64,000 bases of DNA. It comes from Vitrella brassicaformis CCMP3155 (lineage: Eukaryota; Protista; Chromerida). The DNA lies in contig CDMY01000361.1 in NCBI GenBank assembly GCA_001179505.1, positions 1 to 64,000 of the forward strand. The letters run 5' to 3'. Under the pieces are notes generated by a model that saw only the letters and a program-made list of their open reading frames with translations, was not told the DNA's origin and did not search any database. The position numbers were made by a program, and so were the translations under genes. Below, one piece after another: positions 35,485 through 48,941 of this stretch; within the stretch, counting starts at the first letter, position 1, and the number at the start of each line of letters is the position of its first letter.

Positions 35485-38400
35485 ATGGGTTCACAGCCTC
35501 GGACGTCTGTCCCTTTTGCGTTTCCCTCGTTGTCTGCCAGGGACATGAGGCATGCGCTGGGTCACCTGCGGCAGACACTCCAAAGCTTGATGGGCGCCTA
35601 CCTCCACCACAGCAATGCCAGGCGGATAATCATAGTCCTCGGCGTGTGCCTGGCCTTCTACCCCCTGTGGAAGGGCGTGCTGCGTCAGTATTTGGAGGCG
35701 CTGTTGGGCAAGCTGGTGACCAAGCTGATGCGCAGCTACAAGGTCAAGAACATGCCCAAGCGGGTCATCCTTGTGCGACACGCAGAGAGTGAGGGGAACG
35801 TCAATGCTGAAGTCTACACAGTCACACCCGACCATCTCATCAACCTCACCCCCAGAGGTATGTATGTTTGAATGCGCATCCGATGGTCACGAGGCAGGCA
35901 GGCAGGCAGGTGGGCCGAGTCAACCCATTTCATGTGTATCTTGATTGTCAGGTTGGGAGCAGGCCCGTGAGGCAGGTCGTGCCCTTCGCCGCATTGTGTG
36001 TCCGGTCCCTCTTCCCAGCTCGGCCACCAGCAGCAGGAGTCCAAGCCCCGCAACACGGACGCCTAAGTGAGGACGCACAACATCCTCAGAGCAGCCCTGC
36101 TCATGATCCATTGTGTATTGTTGTCTTTCATTCAGGCCTCCCATCGCGCCCCCACCGTCGCCCCCGCCCTCTCCCCCTCTCCCGTGGCCCTTGTCTTTGA
36201 TAATGCCTTCTGCCCCTCGCAAGGAGAGCGTCAAGATATACTGCAGCCCCTACGCACGGGCTCAGCAGACGATCAGCGGGATGATGGAGTCGTTTGTCGA
36301 CTACAACTACATCCCCACTCGCACCCACTCCCACCCCCCCGACTTCTGCCTCAACAACGCCTTCGCTGACGGCGACCGAGACAGAGACAGAGGGGACAGG
36401 GAAAGGGAGAGGGAGCGGACGGAGCCACATTCCACCGGCCCTTTGCCCGGCCACGGCGGCGCCCGCCGCAGCAGGACGCCCACCAAGAGGACATCCACTG
36501 CCAGGGAGAGGGCGAGGCATGACAGGGGGGAGCCCGCGAGCGATGATGAGGAATCGGGGGGGATGGAGTGCCAGACCGAGATGGAGGGCGCCACGGCCAC
36601 ACGGGTGCGGTCCAAGGCCCGCACCAAGGCGCTGCCCAGTCAGAAGGAGCGCACCGATGCCCTCATGTCCTCACCCATGATGCGACGACCGAGGGGTGGC
36701 ATGAACAGGCGGCGGTTGGCGTTCCCACGGCAGCACGTGTCTGGGGCTGCGGCCAGTGTCAACGACGAGGCCAGCATATCTGTGAGTGAGGAGCCCAGGC
36801 TCAGAGAGCAGGAGTTTGGATTCGGTACCTACGCAGAGAGGGCGACGGAGGGAGACAGACGAGGCAACGGATTAACAGAGTGTCTGTCTGTCTGTCCGTC
36901 TGTTTGTGTATGTGTGCAGGCAAGCCCTTGTCTCAGTTGCGTGAGGAGTCTGCGTACCGGAGCATATGTGGGCACTTCTACTACCGGTACACCAACACGA
37001 TGCCGCTGCTGGTGCATGTATGGATGAATATGAATGTTGTATTTGGCATGCGTACCTGTGTGCAGCTTCCCTGGTGGCGAGAGCGGCAGTGATGTGTTTG
37101 ACCGCGTGAGTGCGTTTGTGGAGAAGTTGCACAGGCACTTCCAGCACGAGTGCTGCGCTGAAAACATCGTCATCGTATCGCACGGGCTCACCATCAGGTA
37201 CGTCGAGAGGTCATCTGGTCACGAAACAGCACTGAGGCTTACGCAAGTGACGTACTTGTGTTATGCAGGCTGCTGTTGATGCGTCTCCTGCATTGGCGGG
37301 TCGACGAGTTCCATATGGTGGGGGGGTGGGNNNNNNNNNNNNNNNNNNNNNNNNNNNNNNNNNNNNNNNNNNNNNNNNNNNNNNNNNNNNNNNNNNNNNN
37401 NNNNNNNNNNNNNNNNNNNNNNNNNNNNNNNNNNNNNNNNNNNNNNNNNNNNNNNNNNNNNNNNNNNNNNNNNNNNNNNNNNNNNNNNNNNNNNNNNNNN
37501 NNNNNNNNNNNNNNNNNNNNNNNNNNNNNNNNNNNNNNNNNNNNNNNNNNNNNNNNNNNNNNNNNNNNNNNNNNNNNNNNNNNNNNNNNNNNNNNNNNNN
37601 NNNNNNNNNNNNNNNNNNNNNNNNNNNNNNCATATGGTGGGGGGGTGGGGGGGTCAGACGGGATGAACCCATAAGACTCCCATATGACTGGATCGTTGTC
37701 TCCGTAGATGGACAATTTGCACAACGGCGAGATCATACTGCTCGAGAGGACACAACCCAATGGCGACCTCAAGTACTCATCCAGCCAACACATTCATACC
37801 CACCACATGCATCCATATGGCTTACCAACTCTCCCTCCCCACCACCTCTGTCAGGCCCGCCCACCCCCTCCGATGGCGTACCTTCAAGCCCCCTGCCAGC
37901 CGTGTCATTCGGCCCCCCCTTCCGCCATCTGCAGGGCGGGACCAATCACGACGGGCGACGGCAAACGACCCACGATGTTCGCGGACTCTCTCTGCGCCGG
38001 ACATCCACTCCCAGGAGGTTCCCACTGACTCCACTCAGCTCAAGGACGAGAGGAAACAAAACAGCCGGGACATCGGAGCAGAGGAGAGGGCGGCCCCAGC
38101 CACCGCAGCCACCCCAGCTGCTGCGCCAGACCAACAAGCCAACGAGGAACCAACGGCACCACCGGCACCAGCAGCACAAGCAGGAGGCGTCATGGACGGG
38201 CAGCTGGAGAGCAGTCGGCAGGAGGAGCAAGAGCAGCCGTCGGCATCCCCTCTCGTTGATGAACATGAGCAGGAGCAGCCCTCCGACCACCATCATCCCC
38301 CCGAGCCGCCCAGCCACACGGACGAGCACGAGCAAGGGAGGGAGGCGGGGCGAGATGGGGCTCATGCTTCCATCGGCGGATCGTCGTCGTTCTCGTCCTC

Positions 38401-38566
38401 GCTCTCCCTGACGATCCTGACGGCGCCGACTGCGCCATGGAAGATGGCGACGATGCCCGCATCTGCGTCACAGCCGAGGAGCCCCTCACGTGCACAAACA
38501 GATGGCAGCGAAGGGCGGGAGGGTGAGGGTGAGGGGGATGCGGGAGAGGCTGGGGAGCCTGGCTGA
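35485..38566 (+). CDS. histidine phosphatase (phosphoglycerate mutase family), multi-exon, with an N-terminal TM segment
   Basis: TM IIIVLGVCLAFYPLW; VILVRHAESEGN; KIYCSPYARAQQT; EEPRLREQEFG; FPGGESGSDVFDRV; IVIVSHGLTIR; DNLHNGEIILLER; low-complexity tail. Confidence 0.87.
37331..37630. other. 300-N assembly gap, probably spurious
   Basis: The 19-mer CATATGGTGGGGGGGTGGG appears identically just before (37312-37330) and just after (37631-37649) the gap. Confidence 0.9.
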
Positions 38567-39069
38567 CATTCGCTGTCACTGTTGTCTTGGATGTTGTGAG
38601 CTTCTGATATTATGGTGATACCCACATATAGGATGGAGGGATGGGGGGTGAGTTGCCTGGATGGGCGTATTTTTTTCGACAGATGTATTGCGGGCAACTC
38701 ACGGACAGATGTATTGCGATTTCTCTCAGTGATTTCCCCTCGCTGATTGATAGAGAAAAAGAGTTCAGAGCAGCCAACAAGCAGACCGTATCGTACCATG
38801 GCCTGCCACCACTCCAGCGACACGCACACGCGAAGAAAAGGAAAAAGAAGCATACGACGGCCGAGATCGAGCTAGAAACCACGACATCCATTCATCCATC
38901 CATCCATCCGTCACTTGCGCAGCAATATCACATCACAGCCAAACGCTGACTCACGTCAGCCACCCACGCAATCGGCGTGAGCCCGTCTTCAGTCACGGCA
39001 GACCAGAAAGGCTTGAACGGAGGGCCGGAAGGAGGACGGGGCTTGGAAGACATAGTGAGCGAGTCCCTG

Positions 39070-42000
39070 TCACTGTATGGTGCACTCGAGAGTCCTGATG
39101 CCGACGGTCTCGCCCTCACCGCCGCCCTCCGACCCCCGACGAGTAGCTGCCGCCACCAGATGCCTGGCATACCACAACGCCACATCCACAAAGGGGGCAT
39201 GCACATGAAAGGATGCAGGGACGGACAGGCATGGTGCATGCGCTCCTTACTGAAGGACGTGGGGTGACAGGTCGCGTAAATGAAGTGTCTGCATGGACTC
39301 ACGGTCCATCAGCTCCTGGTTGCCCCGCACCAGCTGCTCCAAACCGTCACCCGACTGGAGATACATACGCAATACACACATCCACACATGCACAGTGTGC
39401 ACACCTGTATGGGAGTCTTCTGCGTATGTTCCTGCCTCTATTAACTTACGATGTGAAAGGGTGCGGGACTGGTGGGTCGCCAGATCTGGACGTAGTGATC
39501 GATGCCTGCTGAGGCCAGCATGCAAGTGCGGGGGTGCACCTGCACACAATTGACCACATCACTGTGGCCCTTGAGCACAGTCAGCAACGATCCTGCATAC
39601 ATCCATCCAAAAACAAACAAATACAGCCCCAGATGACCAACCATCCCGCATTTCTTTGCATCATTTTGTAGATGCTCACCGTCTGCGGTGCTCCAGACCA
39701 GAATGGCACCATCGTCGCTGCCCGAGAGCAGCGCCTTGTCGCCCCAGAATGCGCACTCCTTGATGTCTGTCCTCGAGTTGCAGTGGCCCGAGAACCTGCC
39801 GACAGGCATACGCGTACAAATCCGGCAGCCAAGTCGATGCAACCAGGAGTCTCGGTCAGTATTTGATGAGATATCACCTGACGGCCCGGCCCCTCGGCCG
39901 CCAGTCGACGTCATCCAGAGTGCTGAGCCACGAGGGTCCTTCCGGATCTGTCGGCGACTCCTCATCTTCCTCTGTCTCGTCTTCATCCTCTCCCTCGTCA
40001 CCACTGGCTTCGTCGCCCCACCCTTGCCCATCACCATCACCGCCGCGCACACGGGACGACAGCTCGATGAAGCGCAGCGTCGTGCGGCAAATGCCGGGGC
40101 GCACGGGGCTCCTCTGGCCCTCCTCGCTGCTGCTCCCACGATCCTGTTGCTGACCATGCTCCTGCCCCTGCCCTTCTCTTTCTCCGCCCAGCGCCCCCTC
40201 CATCTCCACTTGCATCTCGATGCCGCTGCTGCCCTGATCCTGCTCATGTTCACGGTCCACAGATGGGGTGATGCCCTGCTGGCCGCCGTCGACGGGGACG
40301 ATGGCCAGCTGGTCGGCCCCCTGCTGATGGTCCGCATCGGCATCGGCTGATGTGTCAGTTTGTGATTCCTTCTTGCGTCGCCGGAAGATGCGGTGGCGCC
40401 ATCCACCGAAGGCCGGGATGGCATAGCGATAGCAGGACGAGAGGACCGGGTGCAGCCAAGTGGGGTCCGTGGCCTCCTGCTGCTGGTCGGCCTCTACACA
40501 CCTCTCGCACGGGTCACCTTCGTCCAGCGCTTTCAACTCCTCGTCGAGCGAACTAGCCCCCCTTGCACTCTCTACCCTGCTGTCAGCGCTGCTCGCCGCC
40601 TGCGTCTCGGCAGAGGAGGAGGCCACCCTCCCGTCGGTGCTCTCACGCCCCGCACCCTCCGTGTCGCACACCCGCTGCTTCTTGTTGACGCCGCCCTCCT
40701 CCTGGCTGCCGGCCGGCGACCGGGCCTCATCAGACGCACGCTTCGGCGCCCCATCCAGCGCCAGCTGGCGCAGCGCCGGGCTGACGGTGGCCTTGCTGAG
40801 GTCGTCTTGTGCTGCGGGAGGGGGAGAGGGGGAAGGGCCGGTCGCACTTGTGTCGTCCTGCATTGCCTGAGGACCTGATAGCGACGCTGCTGGTGTTGGA
40901 GATGGATGTGAGGGTAGCGGTAGGGGTTCGAGTGAGAGCTCCTCCTCTTGCTGTGAGTCGTCCTGGCCGGTGTCATCCTGCTCAGATGAAGATTGAGATG
41001 AGTCAGTGCTGGACGAAGCGTCGGGGTTGATCAGAAAACGGGTGGCGAACACACGACGACGCACCTACATGCATGTACAGTTGCACGCAGAGGGGAATGG
41101 TCTTTGCATGCTTCTGTACATGTATGTGCACGTCTCACCACTGCCCTGCTCTCCTGTTGCCCCTCTCGCCCCTCCTCTGTCTCGCCACCGTCCCCCTCTC
41201 CACCACTACGCCTCTCCTCCGCTGTGCCGCCCTCTCCTTCGTGTGATGGGGACGCACCATTCCCATCATCATGACCCATTGCTGCCTCTGGTGCTGGTGC
41301 TTGTGGTGGTGGTCCGGGGGAAGCACTCTCCTCCTCTCGTGACGGCTGTGAGGGCTCCTCAGGAATGGTGTCTGGCTGGTCGTCGGGGCGGCTGATGACG
41401 CGGGGCATGCGTATTCGCCGGTGTCGCTGCCGCAGTGCCACCTTCTGCCGCTCCCTCAGCTGGTGGTCTACGGCCGCTGCGAACGTTTGGAACTCCTGAA
41501 CGTGGGGAAATCTCTGTGCGGCCTCCCGAGCCAGCCTCAGAGACAACGCTGTCTGACCGGCGTTGCGGCACCCCTGCATCCGCCTGTCAATCCACATCAC
41601 ACCGATGCACAGATTGTGTGCCGGATTGTGTGCCTTCCCGCCATCTCTCACCTGTAGAGGCTCTTGTAGTTGGTCCTGTCCATCTCGTGTGCCTCAGCGC
41701 CGTCACACGCAGCAGACAGCCCGTCCCCACGGCCGCCACGGCGGATGAGGGCCAGCGCACGGTTGCATAGCAGAGGAACGAGGACCTCCACGCCAGCATT
41801 GCGAGACCGTGCGATGCGCAGGGCCGCCGTGTACCGCTCGATGGCGGCGCTGAAGTGCAGCTGGCTCACTGATGGATGCATAAGGTACCAACAGGACATC
41901 GTATCATTCAAATTGTTCAGGTGCTGGATGGCGCCGTCTCACCCAGTTCGTTGCCTTGCCTCTGCAGCGTCCGCACGAGCTCAAACTCGTCATCCGGCAT

Positions 42001-43804
42001 GTTTGCGGAGTCCCCTTTGCCGTTCGAAGCACAGCCCAACCTCTGAGGTCCGTCGGTTGAGTCGCCTGCCGTCTGCTGGCCAAAGGGGAAGACGTACAGC
42101 TGCTCGGCGCTGTAGCTAACAGCGACCTGCCGACGTAGTCACGATGGAATTATGAATCCAGATGGGCCGTGCCTGCTTTGCGTACCTGTTTGCCATCCGG
42201 CCGCCAGGTCACGTGTGTGGCGAAAATCAGGTGCCTGGAGGTCGGCCGGCCCCTCCCCGTCTGCTCGAATGGGGCACTCCACAGCTCCCTCGGGCACAGG
42301 ATGTCACATGGGGGTGCGCTCTCGTGCAGTGGGGTGCCCTGCAGACTGTGCAGCGTCATCTTGCGCCGATCGTAGATGCGCACCAGAGGATCAGACGCCC
42401 CCACTGCGATGTACTCCGGGCGTATGGGGTGCAATGCGATGCTCTTGACCTGAGCGCGATAGACGATAAAGACTCACAGATGGGCATCTACCGTCATGCC
42501 CCTCATCTCACCTCTCCACTGGTGGTCCGCTGCCATTTCATCTCGTCGAGTATTCGCGTCAGGCGACGAGCTCGTTCGCCCTCTGACAGTGAGTACCAGT
42601 GCTTTCGCAGCAGGCGCTTCCTGGTGCCATCTGTCGGTGGTGCGATTGATGACGGGTCTGTCAGCTGAATGGCCGATGGTGCGATCTGAGGCTCCACGGG
42701 GCCACGGGAGAGGTTGATGACCACCTGAGGAAGGGACGGAGCAGGCAGAGGGAAGGGGCACCGTGAGTATTTCTGAGCGCATCTCTTTCCGTCCGTTGGT
42801 GTACGTTGGGATCTCACGTTGGGATCTCTTGCGCGTCGCCCGACGTCCATTCGGGAGTCGTATTGACGCACTGTGCCTGCGGGAGCGGGAGGCAGGGAGA
42901 AATGTGTTATTCTTTTTCGATGCATGAATGTCGGCGTACCATCCTCACTCGCACTCCAGAAGAGGGATGGTACGCCGGGATGGGTGGCCACCTGCTTGAT
43001 GCGATTCGAGTGACACTCGTATATTGTGCTGACAAACACAGATGGACGGGCACTCAGGTGAGCGCACTTTGTGTTTGTGCATCCATCCATCCATCCATCT
43101 GTGTACCGTTTGTTCGGTGTCTGTATGCTGGTCAGCCTGACTTCGTGATCCATGGCGCCCGTCACGATGTACTCATCGTTGAGGAAGGCGACACCAAAGA
43201 TGTTGTACGCGTGGCCTGCGCACACAACCAAACAGTCACTCACTCACTCATTAAATTCACACAGGGGGACGTGTGGCATGTCACATGGCTCCACCTGTTT
43301 GAATGCGGTGTTTCACTTTGGTCATGTTGGCCGTGGTCCAAAGCAGCACCGTACAGTCGTCACTGCCTGGGATATCAGTCAGACCACAAGACAAATGAAG
43401 ACAGGAAGGCATATACACATCAACAACCTCGCCCCAACAGCCTACCAGATGCCAGCATGCTTCCTCTTTCGTTCCACGCGACACGATTGACACAACCAGA
43501 ATGACCTGCAAGCAGCAACCGAAACATACAGACACACAAATGAAACAACAGTGGCTGCATCATCTCATAAACAACTGGTTCCGTCACATCTGAGTCATTT
43601 TCGGTGCGCACCTGTGAGTCGTTCCGCACAGGCCATTCTTTTGATGAGGCTCTCGTGGCACTGCAGCTGCTGCCGCACTCTCCCATCATCCCCTTGATGA
43701 CGGCGCCGGTTCAGCAGGTCTACCAGAGGCTCGCTGTGACCCAGAAGAGGACAGCGGCGGGACGAACAGCAGCCGACTTGCTCGCCGTTCGTGCCTCCCG
43801 ACAT
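39070..43804 (-). CDS. WDTC1: WD40 plus TPR DCAF protein, WDTC1/DCAF9-like
   Basis: GHSGCVNRVAWNERG; GHAYNIFGVAFL; CHSNRIKQV..WSASEDG; IAVGASDPLVRIYDRR; TPR AAIERYTAAL..LLCNRALALIRR..YKSLYR; FSGHCNSRTDIKE; GHSDVVNCVQVHP; ends ECTIQ*. Confidence 0.82.
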
Positions 43805-45124
43805 CTCACAAACTTCTTCCTTCTCGTCACCAATAGGTTTAACGGAACTGAATGCCTTCCTTTTCTTCCTTTTTCTTCCCTTCCTTCTTCTTCTCTGTGG
43901 AAAACACTCAAAAATCCTTACAGCCAACAAACGAAAAAGGATCTCAGAGGGAGAAACCCAAAAGTCCCAAGTGACAGAAAACAAAAGGGGGTGCCTCGTC
44001 GTATGCTCCACGCAAACTCTCTGCCTCCACGCATATCATACACGCACACACACAAAGCCTCGCCTTCGCTATTGCATTGTTCCGCGAAGAAGGGGCACCC
44101 CTCCACCGGCCACAACACACAAACACACATATATACATACACTCGTACAGACAAGAGCAAGACAATGCCGGCAGAGACACTACATGCACGCACGAGGCAC
44201 AACATGTGCCATGATGTGCGTACACAAACACGTACGTATGTACAGACAGACAGACAGACAGACAGACACTGTCAGACAGGCAGATGAAGTAATCAATCAA
44301 TGATTTTCTTCAGTTTGCCGAGTGTCGTTGGTCGGAGGGCTATCCTCCCCTCCCCGAAAAAACAAAATCAAAGGAGATAACAATCCTGGGCAAACCCAAG
44401 GGAGGAGCTGTTCTCTCTTTCTATCTGTTCTCTCTTTTTGATTTGTGTCTCCTGCGTTGAACACCACTGCAAAGACACTGTACACTTCTTACGTAAGTGT
44501 CGGACATGGCATCGAGCGGGTCTTCCTCCTCATGACCCTCGTGAGAACGAAAGACGTGCTGGACTGTCTCACGTCGATACGTGGCACCCGCAGCACCCGT
44601 CGGCGAAAGGTACGTACGCAAGTCTGTCTGTCTGCACATTTGGTTATGACGGTGGCCCTCGCATCCGCCTCACATCCCTCTCAGCACTCTAGAGGTGACA
44701 CGGGTACGTATGACAGTCGCTGCAGAAACTGTGCATCTCTTGTGTGTGTGTACCTGATTTGATGTGTCAGCTTGTGCGATGTGTATATATCCCAACTGCG
44801 TCACGTTGACTCATTTTCTGGCTAGTCGTTGCTCGGCTCGGCCCTTCGGGCCTCGCCTTCGCAATTGCTTCAATTCAGCATCTTCCCCTTGTCCGCACCC
44901 TCTGCACTAGTCAGTCAGTGTATCGTGTGCATTGATTGTATGGCATGCATAACTGTTGGAACACTGTCAGAGACCAATAAGTGTTCATACGAGTCGTCAC
45001 TCTCAAATCGCATCGAACATGCATTGAATATACATTCAAAACGTGCCCTGGCCCACAGTACTGAGGGTAGGTAGCATTGATGGATACCCTCAATACACAC
45101 ACTATACCGACCAACCAACCAGCA

Positions 45125-48100
45125 TTATACGAATGAGCAGTGTAGCTTTCCCCCAATCGGAGCGTTGCACATAGGGCATTTGTTTCTGCCGTCTGCCACA
45201 CGAGCAGCGCACCGCGAGCATAGTGCAAAGTGCATGCACGGCAAGAAGAGAGTATCTCGGTCGCGCTCAAAGCAGACTTGACACACCCACATGCTCGCCT
45301 GAAGGAAACAGCCATACACGCGGTCCCCAAGCATCAGCCTGTCAAGCACCCTATCTGTTGTCACCTTTTCTTGCAACTGGGCATTCTCCGCTTGAAGCAC
45401 TGCAATGCGCCCTTCATCGGCACTCACCTGCACGAGACGCGCATACTCAGGATGACGTACATGAGGGCACGTTGCCTTCATTCGTCATTGACTGACTGAC
45501 TGGCTGACCGACCCGCTCATTCACCTGCTGCCTGAGCGTCGAGATGTCAGCCGTCTTGTCTCTCAGCTGTTTTTCCATCCGCCCGTGTACCTCACGCATC
45601 CGACCCACACGCCGACAATGCATCTTATGTAATGCACCCAGCACCTCGGATGCATCGCCACCAGCGTCACCCCCACTCAGCGCATCGTGGTAGAAGGCGA
45701 GCGGCGAAGTGAGCACCTGGTAGTCGTCCGCGGCCTTTCGGGCGTCCCTGTCCTTCGCTCGGGCCATTTGCTGCGCCAGGTGGATCTGCCGCTTGGCCGA
45801 ACCGATTTGCTCATCCAATGCGGTTGCCAATGGAAGTAGCGAGGGCGGCAGCAGACAGGCACGGCGTGCGAGCAGCGATGTGGCAAAGCTGAGGGCCTCA
45901 TTGAGCAACGCGACACTCGATGCCGAGATAAACGAACCAAGGACGTCAGAAAGAGTCGAGAAGCCCTGAACACGCGAACACGTAACCTCATATAAGTGCT
46001 GTGTATGGCAGCGTCTTGGCGCCTTTAGGTCCATCCGCATTTTACTTACGGCAAGGGTTCGTTGGTTGTGCTGGTGGATGGCACTGACCCGCTGTGCGGT
46101 GCGCGTGGGTACGCAGCTGGCGCACTTGCCGCACCTGGCACACCGACGAGCGCCACAACCATCCGCCCTAGCCCGCTTCCCACGGCCCACTGCCGGCACC
46201 GAGTAGACGCCTACATGCCATGCCATGCCATGCCAGGGACAACCGGAGCATACATGTACTAGCCACGCTTCTTCGCGAATGTCCTTCTCGGCGTATTCTC
46301 TTTCACTCACCGCACAAGCAGACGCTATTGCCGTCTGGCCGCTCTCCGCCACCGGAATGAGAGCTTGCCAAGCCAACATCTCTCTTGCCCCCCAAAACGG
46401 CCACCTGTACGGCCGCGCACATGTCGCTCGCCATCATCCCCTCCACACAGGACGCGCACACCGACACCTCACTGTCGGCGGCAGTGTCGCCCAACAGCAG
46501 GACATCATCCGTCTCCCGGCTCAACGAGGCCTCCTTGATGTGGTGCTGTGCATATGAGTGGGCAAAGGATGATGCCAAGCAGAGAGCGGTGTGGATGCTC
46601 TTGAGCGCCAGCCACACGAGGGACAGCAGGCCGTCCACAGCCTCCGTCATCACCCACGGCAACATGTGCATGTCCGCCGCGCGAACGAGGGGCGAAAGGC
46701 TGCTGCTCAGCGCCCGCCTGACAAAGTGCCAAGAGAGAGAATGCGCGTTACGTCGACCATTCCACCCTCATTTGCCGACTGACCTGTGCGCGTTGACGAC
46801 CTTTTGCTGCTCGCGCCATCTGTCCTCTCTGTCTTGCGCCTCACTACTAGCTCCCTCGATTCTCTCCAGCAGCTGCTGCCCCCGCTTCACGCACGCATCC
46901 ACCGATGCGTGGGCGTACCGAAGTCGGCACACGGTACTCTCCAGGATAGAAAGCCTCATCCGCCAGAGGTGCGTGTGCCTCTGGAGCAGGTCCATGAGTC
47001 CACCGAGGTGTTTCTTGTGAAGCGACACGAGGGACGTGAGGCTGAACGACAAGGCACAGGAAGAAACGACATATCTTGTATATACGCTACCCCAAGGACC
47101 GAGTGGTAATCGACTGACCCGCTCGATAATGTCCCACCTGCAACGGCCATGTCGAAGGCGAACCCCTCCGGAAGAGAAATAGCCAACATGTGCCCAACAC
47201 GCCGATAGGGTGCCACAAAGCCACATGAAGACTCGCCCAGGAACTCATGCAGCGAGGGGATCGCAGCCCGGTCACCCGGCTTGTTTCTGTCTCCGACTCC
47301 TGGTGACGAGTCCTGGGAGAAGAGGCGGTGATGGATGTGCGACAGAGAGGCCAGCAAAGGATTGCCGCTGCGCGGTGGAGGCGGTGGGGGAGGTGGCGGG
47401 GGAGGGCGCGATGATTGCACCGTCGTGTGCTGCTTCAGGGCTTCGTTGAGGGTCGCTGTGATGTTCCTCGCTCTTTGGAGAAGCTTCTCGCTCAGCCAGT
47501 CTCGCTTCAGAACGCGCACCAACGTGACCAGGCTCTCCTGCACGCAACATGCCATATGCAGACCAGGAGGGCGTTATCATATGGGAAAGACACTCATACT
47601 ATATGGCTTTTCACATTGTCGTTGCTCACGTGGTGCTTCTGAGAATTGCCCTTGACCATCAACTGCACAATGTCCCGCCAGCCATCGAGCGTCCCGACAC
47701 CCATCGCACACAGCAGGCGGGCGGCGCACTCAGCACCATCAGTGTCGCCCATGGGTGCCTCGCGCCCCTCCTTGCCCTCGAACAAACGACGGCCCACTGA
47801 CCCGCATAGTGCCTGGATGATGATGTCAAATAGCGAGCTGCGAAGCATTGCCTGCACAAGTGGGAAAGAAGAGCTGCCAGGGCATGCATTGCGTGCATAT
47901 ATGGGACCTGTGAGAGGGTCATGACGGTCATATGACCAGCCAGTCGTCGCTCACTCTCGATGAGCTGCTCCAGTGTCAGCAACTCTCCCTCGTCGCTGCT
48001 GATGCTCTCACCTTCCTGAGGGCTGCACGCATACTGAGGCTCAGGTGCGACAGTCGGGGCGGCTCCCTGCTCCGTGGTGAGGTAGCGGTGCAGTACGGCG

Positions 48101-48849
48101 GCATACGCAGACCATACGAGCGCCATCTCCTCACTCGAAGCACCTGCACAAACACATACACACGTCTTTTCGTGCTCTCGATGTGCGGCATCTCGCTCTT
48201 CTCTCTCACCGATCGCCTGTGCCTCGATGGCGATTTCCACCTCCTCAGCTGCACCGTGTTGGCGAAACATCTGGATGAGATCGTCTGCGCACCGCGCTGC
48301 AGAAGCGCTGAGGGCGTCCGTGCCCCGTGCCGCGTGGCCGTGTGGTGCTATCTGCCGCTCCTGCTGGGCTTCGAATGCAGATGGGGGTATGCGGTCATCC
48401 ATCTTGAAGGACGTGGGAGACGACGAAGTGCCCTCATCGGAGGAGGCAGTGAGGGACGACGGCGGATCTGCATCGGTCATCCGCACAGACGGCCGCGGGG
48501 CAGTCGATAAGCCGCATGCAGCATCGCTTGCACCTTGCACATTGCTCGATTCCGTACGAGAAGCGCCACCGACCCTCTTCCCCGGCGCGGTGTTACTCGG
48601 CTCATCCGCAGTCTCGAAGGCGACGTGCACTTCTGAAGACGAGCCGCCAGCATCAACAGAAGAAGAAGGTAGGGGCTGCCGCGGTAGGCCTGGAGGGCTC
48701 CGTGTCTGCTCTCCACTGTTGTGATGACGCTGCCGACGTGCAGCTCGTCTCCTGCGGGATCCGATGCGACGACGGATGGACTCGAGAGCTGAGCCACCGC
48801 ATTTTGTTATCGATGACAGCATCGTGGGAGGGTGAGCTCCTCCCGGCAT
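45125..48849 (-). CDS. coiled-coil protein with a C-terminal C3HC4 RING (IAP/Giare-type), putative E3 ligase
   Basis: Last exon CQVCFERDRDTLFLPCMHFALCSRCAARV..KCPMCNAPI. Upstream exons are coiled-coil-like and S/P-rich. The 5' structure is approximate. Confidence 0.78.
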
Positions 48850-48941
48850 AGCTCGCACTCTCCCGGCCGTTGCGGATAGGAAGGAGGAAGCGCCTCACTA
48901 TTAAGGCCGACGTATACTGCCTTGTGCCGACTCCGGGGAGG

